Assembly: GCA_963718525.1 (NCBI GenBank)
Contig: OY970355.1
Coordinates: forward strand, 1,568,001-1,632,000
DNA from: Candidatus Dormiibacterota bacterium
Lineage (GTDB): Bacteria; Chloroflexota; Dormibacteria; Aeolococcales; Aeolococcaceae
Reading direction: 5' to 3'
DNA: 64,000 nt
In this document: in pieces, positions 7,686 to 18,270 of the stretch
Layout of the letters: each line of letters opens with the position of its first letter
Position numbering within the stretch: position 1 is the first letter of the stretch
Translations under genes and position numbers: made by a program
Notes under the pieces: model-generated
Told to the model about the DNA's origin: nothing
The model's database searches: none
Seen by the model: the letters and a program-made list of their open reading frames with translations, nothing else

Positions 7686-10127
7686 ATGGATACCGTCATC
7701 GCCCCGGTTGGGCCCGATCCGGCCCGCCTCGACGTCTACGACCACGCGACGGTCGAGGCGCGCTGGCGGCGCATCTGGGAGGAGCGTGGCGATTACCACA
7801 CCCCGCTCGACGACCCCGATCGTCCCTTCTACAACCTGATCATGTTCCCGTATCCCTCCGCCGAGGGGCTGCATGTCGGCCACATCATTCCGTTCGCGGG
7901 CGGGGACATCTACGGTCGCTGGCGGCGGCTGATGGGCGACACCGTCTTCGAGCCGATGGGCTTCGATGCCTTCGGCATCCACTCCGAGAACTACGCCATG
8001 AAGATCGGCGAGCATCCCGCAGTCGTGATGCGCCGCGCGGTCGCCAACTTCCGCGAGAACCAGCTCAAACGGATCGGCTCCATGTTCGACTGGAGTCACC
8101 AGGTCAACACGGCTGATCCTTCCTATTACAGGTGGACCCAGTGGATCTTCGTCCGGCTCTTCAACGCCGGCCTCATCGAGTGGCGTGAGGGAGCTGTCAA
8201 CTGGTGTCCGTCCTGCCTCACCGTGCTCGCGGACGAGCAGGTGGAGCAGGGGCGCTGCGAACGCTGCCACACGCCTGTGCAGACGCGTTATCTCCGCCAG
8301 TGGTGGATCAAGATCACCCGGTACGCCCAGCAGTTGCTCGACGCACTCGACACGCTGGACTGGTCGGAGTCGACAAAGACCATGCAGCGCAACTGGATCG
8401 GGCGCAGCGAGGGCGCGACCATCCTCTTCGACCTCGAAGGCTGCCGGCGCAAGGACGTCACTGTCTACACCACGCGCCCCGATACCCTGTTCGGCGCGAC
8501 CTTCCTGGTGATCGGGGCCGACCATCCGGAGCTGGAGGATTTCGTTCCACCGGAGCGGATGGGCGAGGTCAACGCGTGGCGCAACAAGTTCCCGCCGTCC
8601 GCCACCGAAGCCGACTTCTCGGTCGGTATGGAGCTCGGATCGCACGCGATCCATCCCCTCACAGGCGAGCGTCTCTCGGTGTGGGCGGCCCCCTACGTGC
8701 TCGGTGGCTACGGCACCGGCGCGATCATGGCGGTACCCGCGCACGATGCGCGGGACTGGGCGTTCGCGCGTGCGCACTCACTGCCGATCGTGGAGGTCAT
8801 CAGCGGCGGCAACGTCGAGGAGGCCGCGTACACCGGTGATGGGACGTTGGTGAACAGCGGCGAGTTCACCGCACTCTCCTCTGAGGAGGGCAAGCGGCGC
8901 ATCGTCGAGCGGCTGAAAGAGGTGCGTCGTGGACAGCCCAGCGTGCAGTACAAGCTGCGCGACTGGCTCATCTCGCGGCAGCGCTACTGGGGGCCACCGA
9001 TCCCGATCATCCACTGCCCCAAGGACGGCCCCGTGGCGGTGCCGGAAGAGGATCTCCCGGTCCTGCTTCCCGACATCGAGGATTTCCGGCCGCGGGGCAC
9101 GGGCCTCTCACCCCTGGCGACGGTGGAGGAGTGGGTGAACGTCCCCTGTCCGAAATGCGGCGAACCCGCTCGGCGGGAGACCGACGTGAGCGACACGTTC
9201 CTCGACTCGGCGTGGTACCACCTGCGCTACCCCTCCACGGACTTCGACGACGTGCCCTTCGACAAGGAGCGGACCGAGACGTGGCTCCCGGTCGACATGT
9301 ACATCGGCGGCAACGAGCACGCCGTGCGACACCTGCTCTACGCCCGGTTCGTCATGCGCGCGCTGTATGACATGGCGCTGGTGCCTGCTCCCGAGCCATA
9401 CACCCGCTTTCGCGCGCACGGGATGATCATCATGGACGGCGCCAAGATGTCCAAGAGCCGCGGCAACGTGCTCAATCCCGACGAGTACATCGAGCGGTAC
9501 GGAGCCGACACCGTGCGCCTCTTCATGATGTACCTCGGGCCCTACACGCTCGGCGGTGACTTCCGCGACAAGGGCATTGCGGGGATGACGCGCTTCATCA
9601 ACCGGACATGGCGTGCCGTCCAGCTCGCCACCGGCGATGACACCCGCGACGAGACACGAGAGCGGCGACGTCACCGGCTCATCAAGCAGGTCGAGGAGGA
9701 CATCGCCGAGCTTCGGTACAACACCGCGATCGCCTTTCTCATGGAGTTCGCCCGCGATCTCGACCACGAGGCGACTGCGGGCACGGCCCGGCGCATCGAT
9801 GCCGAAACCCTGTTGAAGTTGCTCGCTCCCTTCGCGCCGTTCGTCACCGAGGAGCTCTGGGACCGCACCGGACACGAGAGTTCCGTCCATGAGCGCGGCA
9901 CCTGGCCCGCCTACGACGCCGAGCTTGCTGCTCCGCAACGGGCGAGCGTTGCAATCACTGTGAATGGCAAGCTGCGTGGTCAGCTTGAGGTCGCGGCAGG
10001 CACCTCCACATCCGACCTGACCGCGATGGCGCTTTCCCATCCCCGTGTCGTCGGGCTTCTCGACGGACGGACGCCGAAGGACGTGTTCGCGGTCGTCGAC
10101 CGCATCGTCAACATCGTCACCGGCTGA
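7686..10127 (+). CDS. leuS: Leucine--tRNA ligase
   Basis: MFPYPSAEGLHVGH, YTTRPDTLFG, DWLISRQRYWG, KMSKS; start MDTVIAP. Confidence 0.97.
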   Translation: MDTVIAPVGPDPARLDVYDHATVEARWRRIWEERGDYHTPLDDPDRPFYNLIMFPYPSAEGLHVGHIIPFAGGDIYGRWRRLMGDTVFEPMGFDAFGIHSENYAMKIGEHPAVVMRRAVANFRENQLKRIGSMFDWSHQVNTADPSYYRWTQWIFVRLFNAGLIEWREGAVNWCPSCLTVLADEQVEQGRCERCHTPVQTRYLRQWWIKITRYAQQLLDALDTLDWSESTKTMQRNWIGRSEGATILFDLEGCRRKDVTVYTTRPDTLFGATFLVIGADHPELEDFVPPERMGEVNAWRNKFPPSATEADFSVGMELGSHAIHPLTGERLSVWAAPYVLGGYGTGAIMAVPAHDARDWAFARAHSLPIVEVISGGNVEEAAYTGDGTLVNSGEFTALSSEEGKRRIVERLKEVRRGQPSVQYKLRDWLISRQRYWGPPIPIIHCPKDGPVAVPEEDLPVLLPDIEDFRPRGTGLSPLATVEEWVNVPCPKCGEPARRETDVSDTFLDSAWYHLRYPSTDFDDVPFDKERTETWLPVDMYIGGNEHAVRHLLYARFVMRALYDMALVPAPEPYTRFRAHGMIIMDGAKMSKSRGNVLNPDEYIERYGADTVRLFMMYLGPYTLGGDFRDKGIAGMTRFINRTWRAVQLATGDDTRDETRERRRHRLIKQVEEDIAELRYNTAIAFLMEFARDLDHEATAGTARRIDAETLLKLLAPFAPFVTEELWDRTGHESSVHERGTWPAYDAELAAPQRASVAITVNGKLRGQLEVAAGTSTSDLTAMALSHPRVVGLLDGRTPKDVFAVVDRIVNIVTG

Positions 10128-10557
10128 TCTCGAGGCGCATCGGCGCGTGCTCGATGCCGTCCTCGGTCCAGCGTTCACCGCACACCTCGAATCCGAAGCG
10201 CCCGTACCATTCGACGAGATATGCCTGCGCGCTCAGCACGATCGCTCGCCCTGACAGCTCGATCGCGCGGGTGAGCAGCGCGCTCGAATACCCATTTCCG
10301 CGCGCTGACGCAAGCGTCGCCACGCGCCCGATGCGATCTTCAGTCGCTCCCTCGCGCAGGAGGCGGAGCGTGCTCACCACGCGACCGCGGCCATCCTCGA
10401 TCCAGAGGTGCACCGTCTCCGGTTCACCGTCGCGGGCATCGATGTCCTGGTACACGCAGTTCTGCTCGACGACGAACACGTCCTGGCGGACGGCGAGGAT
10501 CCCGAGGAGCGTGCGGGGGGCCAGATCTTCGAGGCGAGCGGCGTGGACCTCGGGCAC
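10117..10557 (-). CDS. ElaA-like GNAT acetyltransferase
   Basis: RQDVFVVEQNCVYQDID, IGRVAT, SAQAYL..WY..FGF, EDGIEH.PM. Confidence 0.9.
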   Translation of the reverse strand: MPEVHAARLEDLAPRTLLGILAVRQDVFVVEQNCVYQDIDARDGEPETVHLWIEDGRGRVVSTLRLLREGATEDRIGRVATLASARGNGYSSALLTRAIELSGRAIVLSAQAYLVEWYGRFGFEVCGERWTEDGIEHAPMRLEISR

Positions 10558-10573
10558 CGCTCGGTCGGCCCGG

Positions 10574-10684
10574 CTACGCCGCTTGAGGTTCGACAGCTGC
10601 CGCGCACGCCGAGCAGCGGCGGGCCGCCTGGGGGATGTTGGTCACGACGTTGCCCTGGTTGAGAAAGTCACGAAAGCCTTTCAT
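10574..10684 (-). pseudogene. mscL: Internally deleted mscL remnant (36 aa)
   Basis: SD AAGGAGG then MKGFRDFLNQGNVV (MscL N-terminus) joined to TNIPQAARRCSAC (C-terminal Cys tail); both TM helices absent. Confidence 0.65.
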
Positions 10685-10712
10685 TCGTCCTCCTTGTCAC
10701 ACGGCGCGGCCA

Positions 10713-12167
10713 TCACCCGCCGGCCGCCGAAGGGTTGAGCATCGTGACACAGACACCTGTCCAGCAGCGTGTGCCCGAAACGGTGTATCCCCTCCCAGCT
10801 GGAGGCAAGGGATCGCCTGGCTCATACACGTACCAGGCATCGCTTGGACCGGGTGACGATTGCGGCAGCGCATGCAGCACGGCGCCCGGCGGGTACACGG
10901 CGGTGCCCCAGAACCACGGCACGTTGACGCCAAGCACGCGCGTGCGCGCGCCAAGGCCGTGGTTCGCGTAGTACAGGACGAGCAGGTACTCGCTGGGATA
11001 TGCGGTCACGATCTCGCCAGGCGCCGCCACCCGGCTGACGTCGGCAACGGCGAGCGGCGTCTCGGGATTGGTGATCGAGAGGACGGTCGTTGCCGCCACC
11101 GCCGCGGTGGCGGCTGCGGCACCGACCGCCGCCGTGCGCCACCGGAGCGTCGCGAGTCCCGCCCCAACCAGTGGATACATCGGCGCCCACGCTGCGCTCA
11201 GATACTTCCCGTCCTCGAGCGGATGATAGAAGCTCGCCAGGATCATCACTCCGACGCCGATCGCGACCGCGAGGCCCAGAAATGCCGCCGTCTCCACGCC
11301 GACCGCGGTGAGACGCTTTCGATTGACCACGAGCGCGACGAGCACGAGGCAGCCGATCAGGTCACCGGCGACTTCGAGCGCGCGCAGGGCCGCGAACCCG
11401 GTGACCCAGGTGTTGAGCGGTGGCCCGGTGAAGAACTGCTCAAGGCCGCCGAACAGACTGGTGACGCTCAGCGCCGGCACCCAGAATGCACCTGCGCTGT
11501 GGCTGAGCTGCGCACGTGCGACCACGATCCACGGGACCAGGCTCAGCACGATTGCGACGCCGAGAGTTGCGACGAGCAGGACAGCGCGCAGCCGGTGTCG
11601 ATAGAGCACCCCGACCGTGATCACCTGCGCGAACACCGCGAACAGCGCGAAGTAGACGGTGTACACCGCAAGTACAGCAGCCGCGAGGTAGAACGCCCAG
11701 CGCAGGAATGTCGGCCGCTCGAGCGCGCGCAGCAGGCCGAGTGTCGAGGCCAGCACCAACGTTGTCGCGAGCACGTACATTCGCGCATCGAGCGAGCTGA
11801 CGAGCAGTGCGGGAGCGATCGTCCCGATCCCGGCCGCCCAGAGACCACCGGTGTCACCCGCGACGCGCCGTCCCAGCGCTGCGATGAGCGGGATCGCTGC
11901 AGTCCCGGCGAGGACCGGAAAGAGGCGGAGCATCGAGGGACTGGGCGATACCACCGCGAAGAGCCGCTCGACCAGGTAGAAGAGCGGCGGCGCGCTGTCG
12001 TTGCGAACCACGTCGAGCATCGGGCCGAGCGGCCGCTGCACCGCCAGGGCGGTGAACGCCTCGTCTCGCCAGAGTGGTTGGTATCCCAGCAACGCGAGGC
12101 GGACAGCGAGCCCAACCCCGGTGATCAGCCAGACCTTCCCCGCATATCCGCGCAGCATCGGCCTCAC
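10713..12167 (-). CDS. GT-C / GT39 (PMT-like) membrane glycosyltransferase
   Basis: PLWRDEAFT, DSAPPLFY, ARMY motif, many TM segments. Confidence 0.85.
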   Translation of the reverse strand: MRPMLRGYAGKVWLITGVGLAVRLALLGYQPLWRDEAFTALAVQRPLGPMLDVVRNDSAPPLFYLVERLFAVVSPSPSMLRLFPVLAGTAAIPLIAALGRRVAGDTGGLWAAGIGTIAPALLVSSLDARMYVLATTLVLASTLGLLRALERPTFLRWAFYLAAAVLAVYTVYFALFAVFAQVITVGVLYRHRLRAVLLVATLGVAIVLSLVPWIVVARAQLSHSAGAFWVPALSVTSLFGGLEQFFTGPPLNTWVTGFAALRALEVAGDLIGCLVLVALVVNRKRLTAVGVETAAFLGLAVAIGVGVMILASFYHPLEDGKYLSAAWAPMYPLVGAGLATLRWRTAAVGAAAATAAVAATTVLSITNPETPLAVADVSRVAAPGEIVTAYPSEYLLVLYYANHGLGARTRVLGVNVPWFWGTAVYPPGAVLHALPQSSPGPSDAWYVYEPGDPLPPAGRGYTVSGTRCWTGVCVTMLNPSAAGG

Positions 12168-12205
12168 CTTAGTTCCGCGCCCGCGAGGGGCGCGCGAGGA
12201 CCGCG

Positions 12206-13837
12206 TCAGGGGAGCGGTTGCGCTCCGGGCTGAGGAACCACCGCGAAGACGACGGGATTCCCCTCCGGGTCGGTCGCCACCACCCGCGCCGCCGCGGCGA
12301 TGCCTGGACCCGCGGCTGCCGCGATGTCGGCTCGCGACGGGGCGACGATCAGCGAGTAGACCGCCGGGTTCGCGATCGGGGTCATCGGGGCGACGATGGT
12401 GGGCAGGCGGCCCGCATCGAGGAACTGGACGTCCATGGCGTCGTAGCTGTCGAGGACGACGAGTGTCGACGGGCCGCCGTCGGTCGGATTGTTCACGGCG
12501 GCTGCCGCCAGCGCCACATCGGCAAAGGTGAAGGCGGCGTACCGATCAGCGACCGGGCGATTGAGGTAGGTCACCGCCGACGCGACGCCCAACACGGTGA
12601 GCGTGATTGCGCAGACCATCCACCCCGTCTCCGTCACCGACTTCTCCGACCCCGCTATGCGGGATTCGAGCCGCCGGACGATCGAGATGCCCTCGAGGCA
12701 GCCGAGTCCGATGCACGCGGCAACGTAGGGTTCGAGCCCCAGCGACCTGAGGAAGTGCGGTGCCCCCCCTTCGTTGGCGATCAGCGGAGGTATCAGGAAG
12801 ACGGGGAGGCCGAGCAGGACCAGCGCGTGACCATGATCGCCCCGCCGGCGCCAGCAGCGCCAGATGCCCAGCAGAAAGGGCACGGCGAGCACCGGGCCGA
12901 GGAGTGGCAGTGCCGAGACGTCATGGCGGGGATTGGGGTCGCCGGTGACGAAGAACATCCCAAGGGTCTTGAGGATGTGCACCGGGTAGCTGTCCGCCGA
13001 CATCGAGCTGCCGTTGAAGACGGAGACGAAAGCTGCACGCCCGAAGTAGCCGGAGAAATCGGTGACCGCCGTGTAGACCATCGGCGAGATCACCACGACA
13101 AACGCGGCGCCGGCCCATATCCACGTCGCACGGACCGAGCGAAAGCGCTCACGCTCATGCGTGTACATCCACGCCAACCAGAGGATCGCGAGCAGTGGCA
13201 GCAGCTTCAGGGGCTGGTACGTCCAGAATCCCAGCGCCACGAGGATTCCGGCGACAACACCACTCGTCCGGGACGGCCGGTCACCCCAGCGGAGGAGCGC
13301 CGCCAGCGCGGCAGCCCCGACGATCACAGTCAGGATGTTCCTGAACCCATCTCGGGAAACGGCGATCATCCACAGCGACCCGGCCGTCCACGCCATTGCC
13401 ACGAGCGCCGGTCCTCGGCCGAAACGTCGAACCGCGACGTAGGTCGCGATGACACCGGCGACGCCGACCGCCGCAGCTGTGCCGCGCAGGGTCACCACCG
13501 ACGACCCGAACACCTTGAAGACGGCGGCGACGATGTACGCATACAACGCCTCACGGCCGCCGTCACTGTTGAAGAACACCGGGTGGTAGCCGGGAATCGC
13601 CAGGAGGCTCTGCGCACTGAGCCCCTCCGCCGCTTCGTCCGGGTACAGGCCGCCGGGCTGGCTCTGCAGCGCCCAGAAGCGCACCACGATCGCCGCGATC
13701 ACGATCAGGGCGGCGGCCGCAGCTTCAACTGCAGTCGCCGTCCTGAGGCGCCCAAAGACGCCGGTTATGCGGGTGATCCGGCCCCCGTCAATTCGAGGCT
13801 GGAGTGGAGCAACGTCCTGGTGGCGGCGATCCGGCAC
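12206..13837 (-). CDS. ArnT-like GT-C membrane glycosyltransferase (true start probably below 13765)
   Basis: PGGLYPDEA..G, GREALY.Y, SRDGFR, GDPNPRH; ORF 5' end overlaps the neighbouring gene. Confidence 0.85.
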   Translation of the reverse strand: MPDRRHQDVAPLQPRIDGGRITRITGVFGRLRTATAVEAAAAALIVIAAIVVRFWALQSQPGGLYPDEAAEGLSAQSLLAIPGYHPVFFNSDGGREALYAYIVAAVFKVFGSSVVTLRGTAAAVGVAGVIATYVAVRRFGRGPALVAMAWTAGSLWMIAVSRDGFRNILTVIVGAAALAALLRWGDRPSRTSGVVAGILVALGFWTYQPLKLLPLLAILWLAWMYTHERERFRSVRATWIWAGAAFVVVISPMVYTAVTDFSGYFGRAAFVSVFNGSSMSADSYPVHILKTLGMFFVTGDPNPRHDVSALPLLGPVLAVPFLLGIWRCWRRRGDHGHALVLLGLPVFLIPPLIANEGGAPHFLRSLGLEPYVAACIGLGCLEGISIVRRLESRIAGSEKSVTETGWMVCAITLTVLGVASAVTYLNRPVADRYAAFTFADVALAAAAVNNPTDGGPSTLVVLDSYDAMDVQFLDAGRLPTIVAPMTPIANPAVYSLIVAPSRADIAAAAGPGIAAAARVVATDPEGNPVVFAVVPQPGAQPLP

Positions 13838-14004
13838 GCCAGCATCTCCAGAACGTCATCGAGCTGGTCCCGTAGCACGGTTTCCAGCTCGATAGGGTGG
13901 TTGTCAATCTCCCGCAGCAGCGCCGACAGCCGGAGCGCCTTCTGGTCGATCTTCGCAACGACCTCCTGCGGGCCAGTCGTCGCGATCAAGTGATTCGGCT
14001 CCAT
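13765..14004 (-). CDS. Small helical hypothetical protein (79 aa)
   Basis: GGAGG SD 6 nt before ATG (MEPNHLI); amphipathic helical sequence; divergent from tRNA-Leu. Confidence 0.55.
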   Translation of the reverse strand: MEPNHLIATTGPQEVVAKIDQKALRLSALLREIDNHPIELETVLRDQLDDVLEMLACRIAATRTLLHSSLELTGAGSPA

Positions 14005-14150
14005 CCAGATCCTCCGTGTGCGGTAGGTGGATGTCATCAGAGTAGGCACCTGAGAGAGGGTTGTCCAGCGATCGTCCTGTCGCAAATCGGCACCATGCTG
14101 GAGGCCTCGACGCAAGCACTAAACTGGGACCGGCCGGTTCGACCGACCGG

Positions 14151-14232
14151 GCGCGGATGGCGGAATCGGTAGACGCGCGGGACTTAGGATCCCGTGGGGC
14201 GACCCGTCCGAGTTCGAGTCTCGGTCCGCGCA
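14151..14232 (+). tRNA. tRNA-Leu (anticodon TAG), CCA not encoded
   Basis: GCGCGGA acceptor stem, TGGCGGAATCGGTAGACGC, CGGGA-CTTAGGA-TCCCG, long variable arm, GTTCGAGTC; usual position before tig. Confidence 0.95.
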
Positions 14233-14249
14233 CGGCGCAACCCAGAAAT

Positions 14250-15632
14250 ATGAGTACCCAGATGACCGACACCCCCAGCGAGAGTCCGGCCGAGAGTCCG
14301 GCCAAGAGTCCGGCAGTGAGTCCGGCAGTCAGCCCAGCGATGACCGTCACACTCGAAAAGAAAGCGGCCTCGCAGGTGGCCCTCCAGGTCGAGGCCACCG
14401 CCGACGAGGTCGAGGCGGCCGTCCAGGCGTCGTTGCGCAGGCTGGCGGGACGAGTTCGAATTCCAGGGTTCCGCCCCGGCAAGGCGCCGTCTGCGATGGT
14501 CGAGCGGGCGGTCGGCTGGGAGACGATCCGCCACGAGACCGTCGATCACCTGGTGCCGGAGCTTTACCGGCGTGCCGTCGATGAGACAGGCGTCGAGCCG
14601 GTCGGCGATCCTGAGCTCGATCTCGGCGAACTGGAGCGCGATCAGCCGCTGAAGTTCACCGCCACTGTCACCGTGAAGCCGGAGGTGGACCTGCGCGATT
14701 ACCTGTCGCTCCGCGTGCCGATGGAGACCACCGAGGTCACCGAGGAGACCGTCGACCAGGCGATCCAGGAAGCACGCCGGCGCCATTCCGAGATTGTCGA
14801 CGTCGATCGCGCCGCCCAGGCCGGAGACGTCATCCGCAGCACGCTGGTGATGCGCCGCGGCGAGGAGATCCTCACCGGCGGCGATGGCGAGGAGCGCGAC
14901 CTGGAATTGGATCGCGAGCTGGTGATCCCGGCAATCGTCGACGGGGTCATCGGATTGAGCGCCGGCCAGTCGCGGAGCTTCGAGACAACGCTCCCCCCGG
15001 ACTACCGTCAGGAGGAGCTCCGCGGCGCCACGGTCTCGATCGACGTCACGGTGCACGCGGTCCGCGAGCGCACCCTGCCCCCGGAGGACGACGCGCTCGC
15101 CGTTCTCGACAGCCACGGGCCGACCCTCGAGGATCTGCGCGACCATTACCGCAGCGCGCTGGCGGTCGAGGCTGCCGAACGGGATCGCGAGAACCACGAG
15201 GGAGCGGCCCTGGAGGCACTCCGTGACCACGTCCGGGTCGACGTCCCCGAGGCGATGATCGAACGCGAGATCGACCGGCAGATCGCGGATCTCGAGTACC
15301 GGCTTGCGTCGCTTGGACTGCCGCTCGACAGGTATATCGAGATGAGCGGCCAGTCGATGGCGTCGATTCGCTCCGAACGCCGCGAGGCGGCTGCGAGCAG
15401 AGTGAGGCTCGAACTCGCGCTCGACGCTCTCGCCATGGCCGAGGGGATCGAGGTCGACGAGAGCCAGGTGGAGCGCGAGGCGCGGGCCGTTGCGGAAGGC
15501 CGCCGCATCGATGCGACCCAGCGCCGGCGCCTGGAGGATCTTGCTCGCCGGGACCTGCGCCGCCGCGCTGCGGGTCAGCGGCTGCTCGAGATCGTCACCC
15601 CGGACACGGATTCCGACTTCGTCGCGACCTGA
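14250..15632 (+). CDS. tig: Trigger factor
   Basis: IPGFRPGKAP ribosome-binding signature, FKBP-like middle, C-terminal chaperone domain; alternative starts 14262 and 14340. Confidence 0.93.
   Translation: MSTQMTDTPSESPAESPAKSPAVSPAVSPAMTVTLEKKAASQVALQVEATADEVEAAVQASLRRLAGRVRIPGFRPGKAPSAMVERAVGWETIRHETVDHLVPELYRRAVDETGVEPVGDPELDLGELERDQPLKFTATVTVKPEVDLRDYLSLRVPMETTEVTEETVDQAIQEARRRHSEIVDVDRAAQAGDVIRSTLVMRRGEEILTGGDGEERDLELDRELVIPAIVDGVIGLSAGQSRSFETTLPPDYRQEELRGATVSIDVTVHAVRERTLPPEDDALAVLDSHGPTLEDLRDHYRSALAVEAAERDRENHEGAALEALRDHVRVDVPEAMIEREIDRQIADLEYRLASLGLPLDRYIEMSGQSMASIRSERREAAASRVRLELALDALAMAEGIEVDESQVEREARAVAEGRRIDATQRRRLEDLARRDLRRRAAGQRLLEIVTPDTDSDFVAT
14280..14339 (+). repeat. Five degenerate 12-bp tandem repeats encoding (E/K/V)SPA
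   Basis: GAGAGTCCGGCC x2, AAGAGTCCGGCA, GTGAGTCCGGCA, GTCAGCCCAGCG. Confidence 0.85.
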
Positions 15633-15671
15633 GGCGTGGTCTCCGGCAACCGTGGGTAAGCTGTGCCGGGC

Positions 15672-16658
15672 ATGGGCCAGCCGGTAATCAGCGTTCGCGA
15701 CCTCGTCAAGACCTACGGGAAGGTAGAGGCGGTGCGGGGGATCGACCTCGAGGTCGGCGCCGGAGAGATCTTCGGATTTCTCGGCCCGAACGGCGCCGGG
15801 AAGTCGACGACGATCAGCATCCTCTGCACGCTCGTCCGGCCGACCTCGGGTGTCGCTCAGGTCGCGGGCATCGACGTCCTCAAGGACCCCAGCGCGGTCC
15901 GTGCGCGCATCGGCCTGGTGTTCCAGGACCCGTCGCTCGACGGTCAGCTCACGGGGCGCGAGAACCTCGACTTCCATGCATACCTCTACGGGCTGCCGGC
16001 AGCCACGCGCAAACAGCGCATCGACGACGCCCTGTCGATCGTCGAGCTCACCGACCGCGCCGATTCAACGGTGCTCACGTATTCGGGCGGGATGCGGCGC
16101 CGGTTGGAGATCGCGCGCGGCATCCTCCATTACCCGCAGGTGCTGTTCCTCGACGAGCCGACGCTCGGTCTCGATCCGCAGACTCGCAACAAGATCTGGG
16201 ACTACCTCCACGCCGTGCGGACTCGTGAGCACATCACCATCTTCATGACCACGCACTACATGGACGAGGCCGAGTTCTGCGATCGCATCGCGATCATCGA
16301 CCAGGGCAGGATCGTTGCCCTGGGGACGCCCTCCGAGCTCAAGACCAGGGTCGGCGGCGATGTGATCACCATCACCACGCCGGATACCAATGTGGCCGCC
16401 GAACAGATCCGCACCCTGATGCATCTCGAACCACTCCAGGTCGACGGCATCCTGCAGGTCGAGGTCGCGGATTCTGCGTCGTTCATGCCCCGGCTCTTCT
16501 CCGAGTTGAGCGTTCCGATCACTGCAGTGAGCGCGCGCCGTCCAAGCCTCGACGACGTGTTCCTCAAGCTCACCGGTCGAGCCATTCGCGAGCACGGAAC
16601 AACGGCGCTGGATACGATGCGAAACATGGGCAGGATATGGGGAGGTGGACGCCGATGA
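15672..16658 (+). CDS. ABC-2 exporter ATP-binding protein (DrrA-like)
   Basis: [41 protein letters not shown]. Confidence 0.93.
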   Translation: MGQPVISVRDLVKTYGKVEAVRGIDLEVGAGEIFGFLGPNGAGKSTTISILCTLVRPTSGVAQVAGIDVLKDPSAVRARIGLVFQDPSLDGQLTGRENLDFHAYLYGLPAATRKQRIDDALSIVELTDRADSTVLTYSGGMRRRLEIARGILHYPQVLFLDEPTLGLDPQTRNKIWDYLHAVRTREHITIFMTTHYMDEAEFCDRIAIIDQGRIVALGTPSELKTRVGGDVITITTPDTNVAAEQIRTLMHLEPLQVDGILQVEVADSASFMPRLFSELSVPITAVSARRPSLDDVFLKLTGRAIREHGTTALDTMRNMGRIWGGGRR

Positions 16659-17542
16659 CCGAGCAGATACTCACAGCCCCCACGCTGCCACAGGCACGGG
16701 CGGTGAATATTCGCGGCGCGACCCTGCGCGCGGTCTACATCATCTGGAAGCGCGACCTCATCCGCTACTGGCGCGACCGGATGCGTGTTGTCGCATCGCT
16801 CGCACAGCCGGTGCTCTTTCTGTTCGTCTTCGGCAGTGGTCTCAGCTCCTCGTTGCGGGGGAGCACCGGCGGCTTCGGCGGCCCGGGGTCGTCGCTGCAA
16901 TACGTGCAGTTCATCTTCCCCGGCATCATCGGGATGTCGGTGCTCTTCACGTCGATCTTCGGCGCGATGTCGATCGTCTGGGATCGCGAGTTCGGTTTCC
17001 TGAAGGAGGTGCTCGTCGCTCCGATCCATCGCTCTGCCGTGGCTGTCGGCAAGACGCTCGGCGGCGCGACCCAGGCGATGTTTCAGGGGATTGTCATCCT
17101 GATTCTCGCGCCGCTTGTCGGCGTGAAGCTGTCGTTCGTCGGCGTGGTCGAACTGATTCCGATGATCTTTCTGTTCGCGTTCGCCCTCAGCGCACTCGGC
17201 GTTGCCGTGGCGGCACGCATGCGCACCATGCAGGGGTTCCAGATGGTGATGAACTTCCTGATGATGCCCATGTTCTTTCTCGCGGGTGCGCTATTCCCCC
17301 TCGGTGGCAACCTCCCCGCATGGCTCTCTGTGCTCACACGCTTCGATCCCGCCAGCTACGGCATCGATGCGCTTCGGCGCACGGTGCTCACCGCGTCGGG
17401 GGTTCCCTCACGCATCCTGGACAGCCTCGGCCTCAGCATCTTTGGTCACCCGCTCTCGGTATGGCCGGAGGTGGCCGTGCTCCTCGCCTTCGGGGTGCTC
17501 ATGTTGAGCCTGGCGGTCTATGGATTTCGACAGCGCGACTAA
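16655..17542 (+). CDS. ABC-2 exporter permease (DrrB-like)
   Basis: [26 protein letters not shown]; ATGA overlap with the ATPase gene. Confidence 0.92.
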   Translation: MTEQILTAPTLPQARAVNIRGATLRAVYIIWKRDLIRYWRDRMRVVASLAQPVLFLFVFGSGLSSSLRGSTGGFGGPGSSLQYVQFIFPGIIGMSVLFTSIFGAMSIVWDREFGFLKEVLVAPIHRSAVAVGKTLGGATQAMFQGIVILILAPLVGVKLSFVGVVELIPMIFLFAFALSALGVAVAARMRTMQGFQMVMNFLMMPMFFLAGALFPLGGNLPAWLSVLTRFDPASYGIDALRRTVLTASGVPSRILDSLGLSIFGHPLSVWPEVAVLLAFGVLMLSLAVYGFRQRD

Positions 17543-17553
17543 AAAAGGCCACC

Positions 17554-17559
17554 TATAAT
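17554..17559 (+). promoter_or_regulatory. Consensus -10 box for clpP
   Basis: TATAAT 9 nt before the clpP ATG, in an AT-rich gap. Confidence 0.65.
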
Positions 17560-17568
17560 GGAAAAGGT

Positions 17569-18270
17569 ATGAATCCGACCAATCTGATCCCGTACGTCAT
17601 CGAGACCACGAATCGGGGCGAACGCGGGATGGACATCTACTCGCGGCTGCTCAAAGACCGAATCATCTTCATCGGGACGCCGATCGACGACCAGGTCGCC
17701 AATGTTGTGATGGCACAGTTGCTCTTCCTCGCCGGGGAGGATCCCGAGAAGGACATCTGGCTCTACATCAACTCGCCTGGCGGCTCCGTGTACGCGGGCC
17801 TCGCCATCTACGACACGATGCAGTACGTCGAGCCGCGCGTCGGCACGATCTGCATGGGCATTGCCGCGTCCATGGCAGCCATCCTGCTCGCCGGTGGCGC
17901 GGCGGGGATGCGTCTCAGCCTGCCGAACACGCGCGTACTCATCCATCAGCCGTCGGGCGGATTCAGCGGCCAGGCCACTGACATCCAGATCCATGCGCAG
18001 GAGATCCTCCGTGTCCGCCGGCGCCTTGATGAAATCCTCGCGCACCACAGCGGCAAGCCCATCGAGGTCGTCAACCACGACTCCGATCGTGACTTCTTCA
18101 TGAGTGCCGAGGAAGCCAAGGACTACGGCCTCATCGACGAGATCATCCAGGGCCGCATCAAGAGTGGCGGACCACCGAACGGTGAGAGCAGCAACGGTGG
18201 GCGGCCGCCCGGAGCGCCGCCTGAAGCAGAGACACCCCAGGCGGGTGGCGGCGCAACTGCTCACGCGTAA
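17569..18270 (+). CDS. clpP: ATP-dependent Clp protease proteolytic subunit
   Basis: [35 protein letters not shown]; low-complexity tail. Confidence 0.97.
   Translation: MNPTNLIPYVIETTNRGERGMDIYSRLLKDRIIFIGTPIDDQVANVVMAQLLFLAGEDPEKDIWLYINSPGGSVYAGLAIYDTMQYVEPRVGTICMGIAASMAAILLAGGAAGMRLSLPNTRVLIHQPSGGFSGQATDIQIHAQEILRVRRRLDEILAHHSGKPIEVVNHDSDRDFFMSAEEAKDYGLIDEIIQGRIKSGGPPNGESSNGGRPPGAPPEAETPQAGGGATAHA

Noticed and set aside
6330-8777. ORF-track giants of 1265 aa (+) and 796 aa (-) suggesting fused or overlapping genes
   Set aside because: They are leuS and the Eis-like gene extended through each other's antisense strand; true starts are 7686 and 7586
14280-14339. Short repeats as a possible CRISPR array
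   Set aside because: Contiguous 12-bp units without spacers; no cas genes in the window
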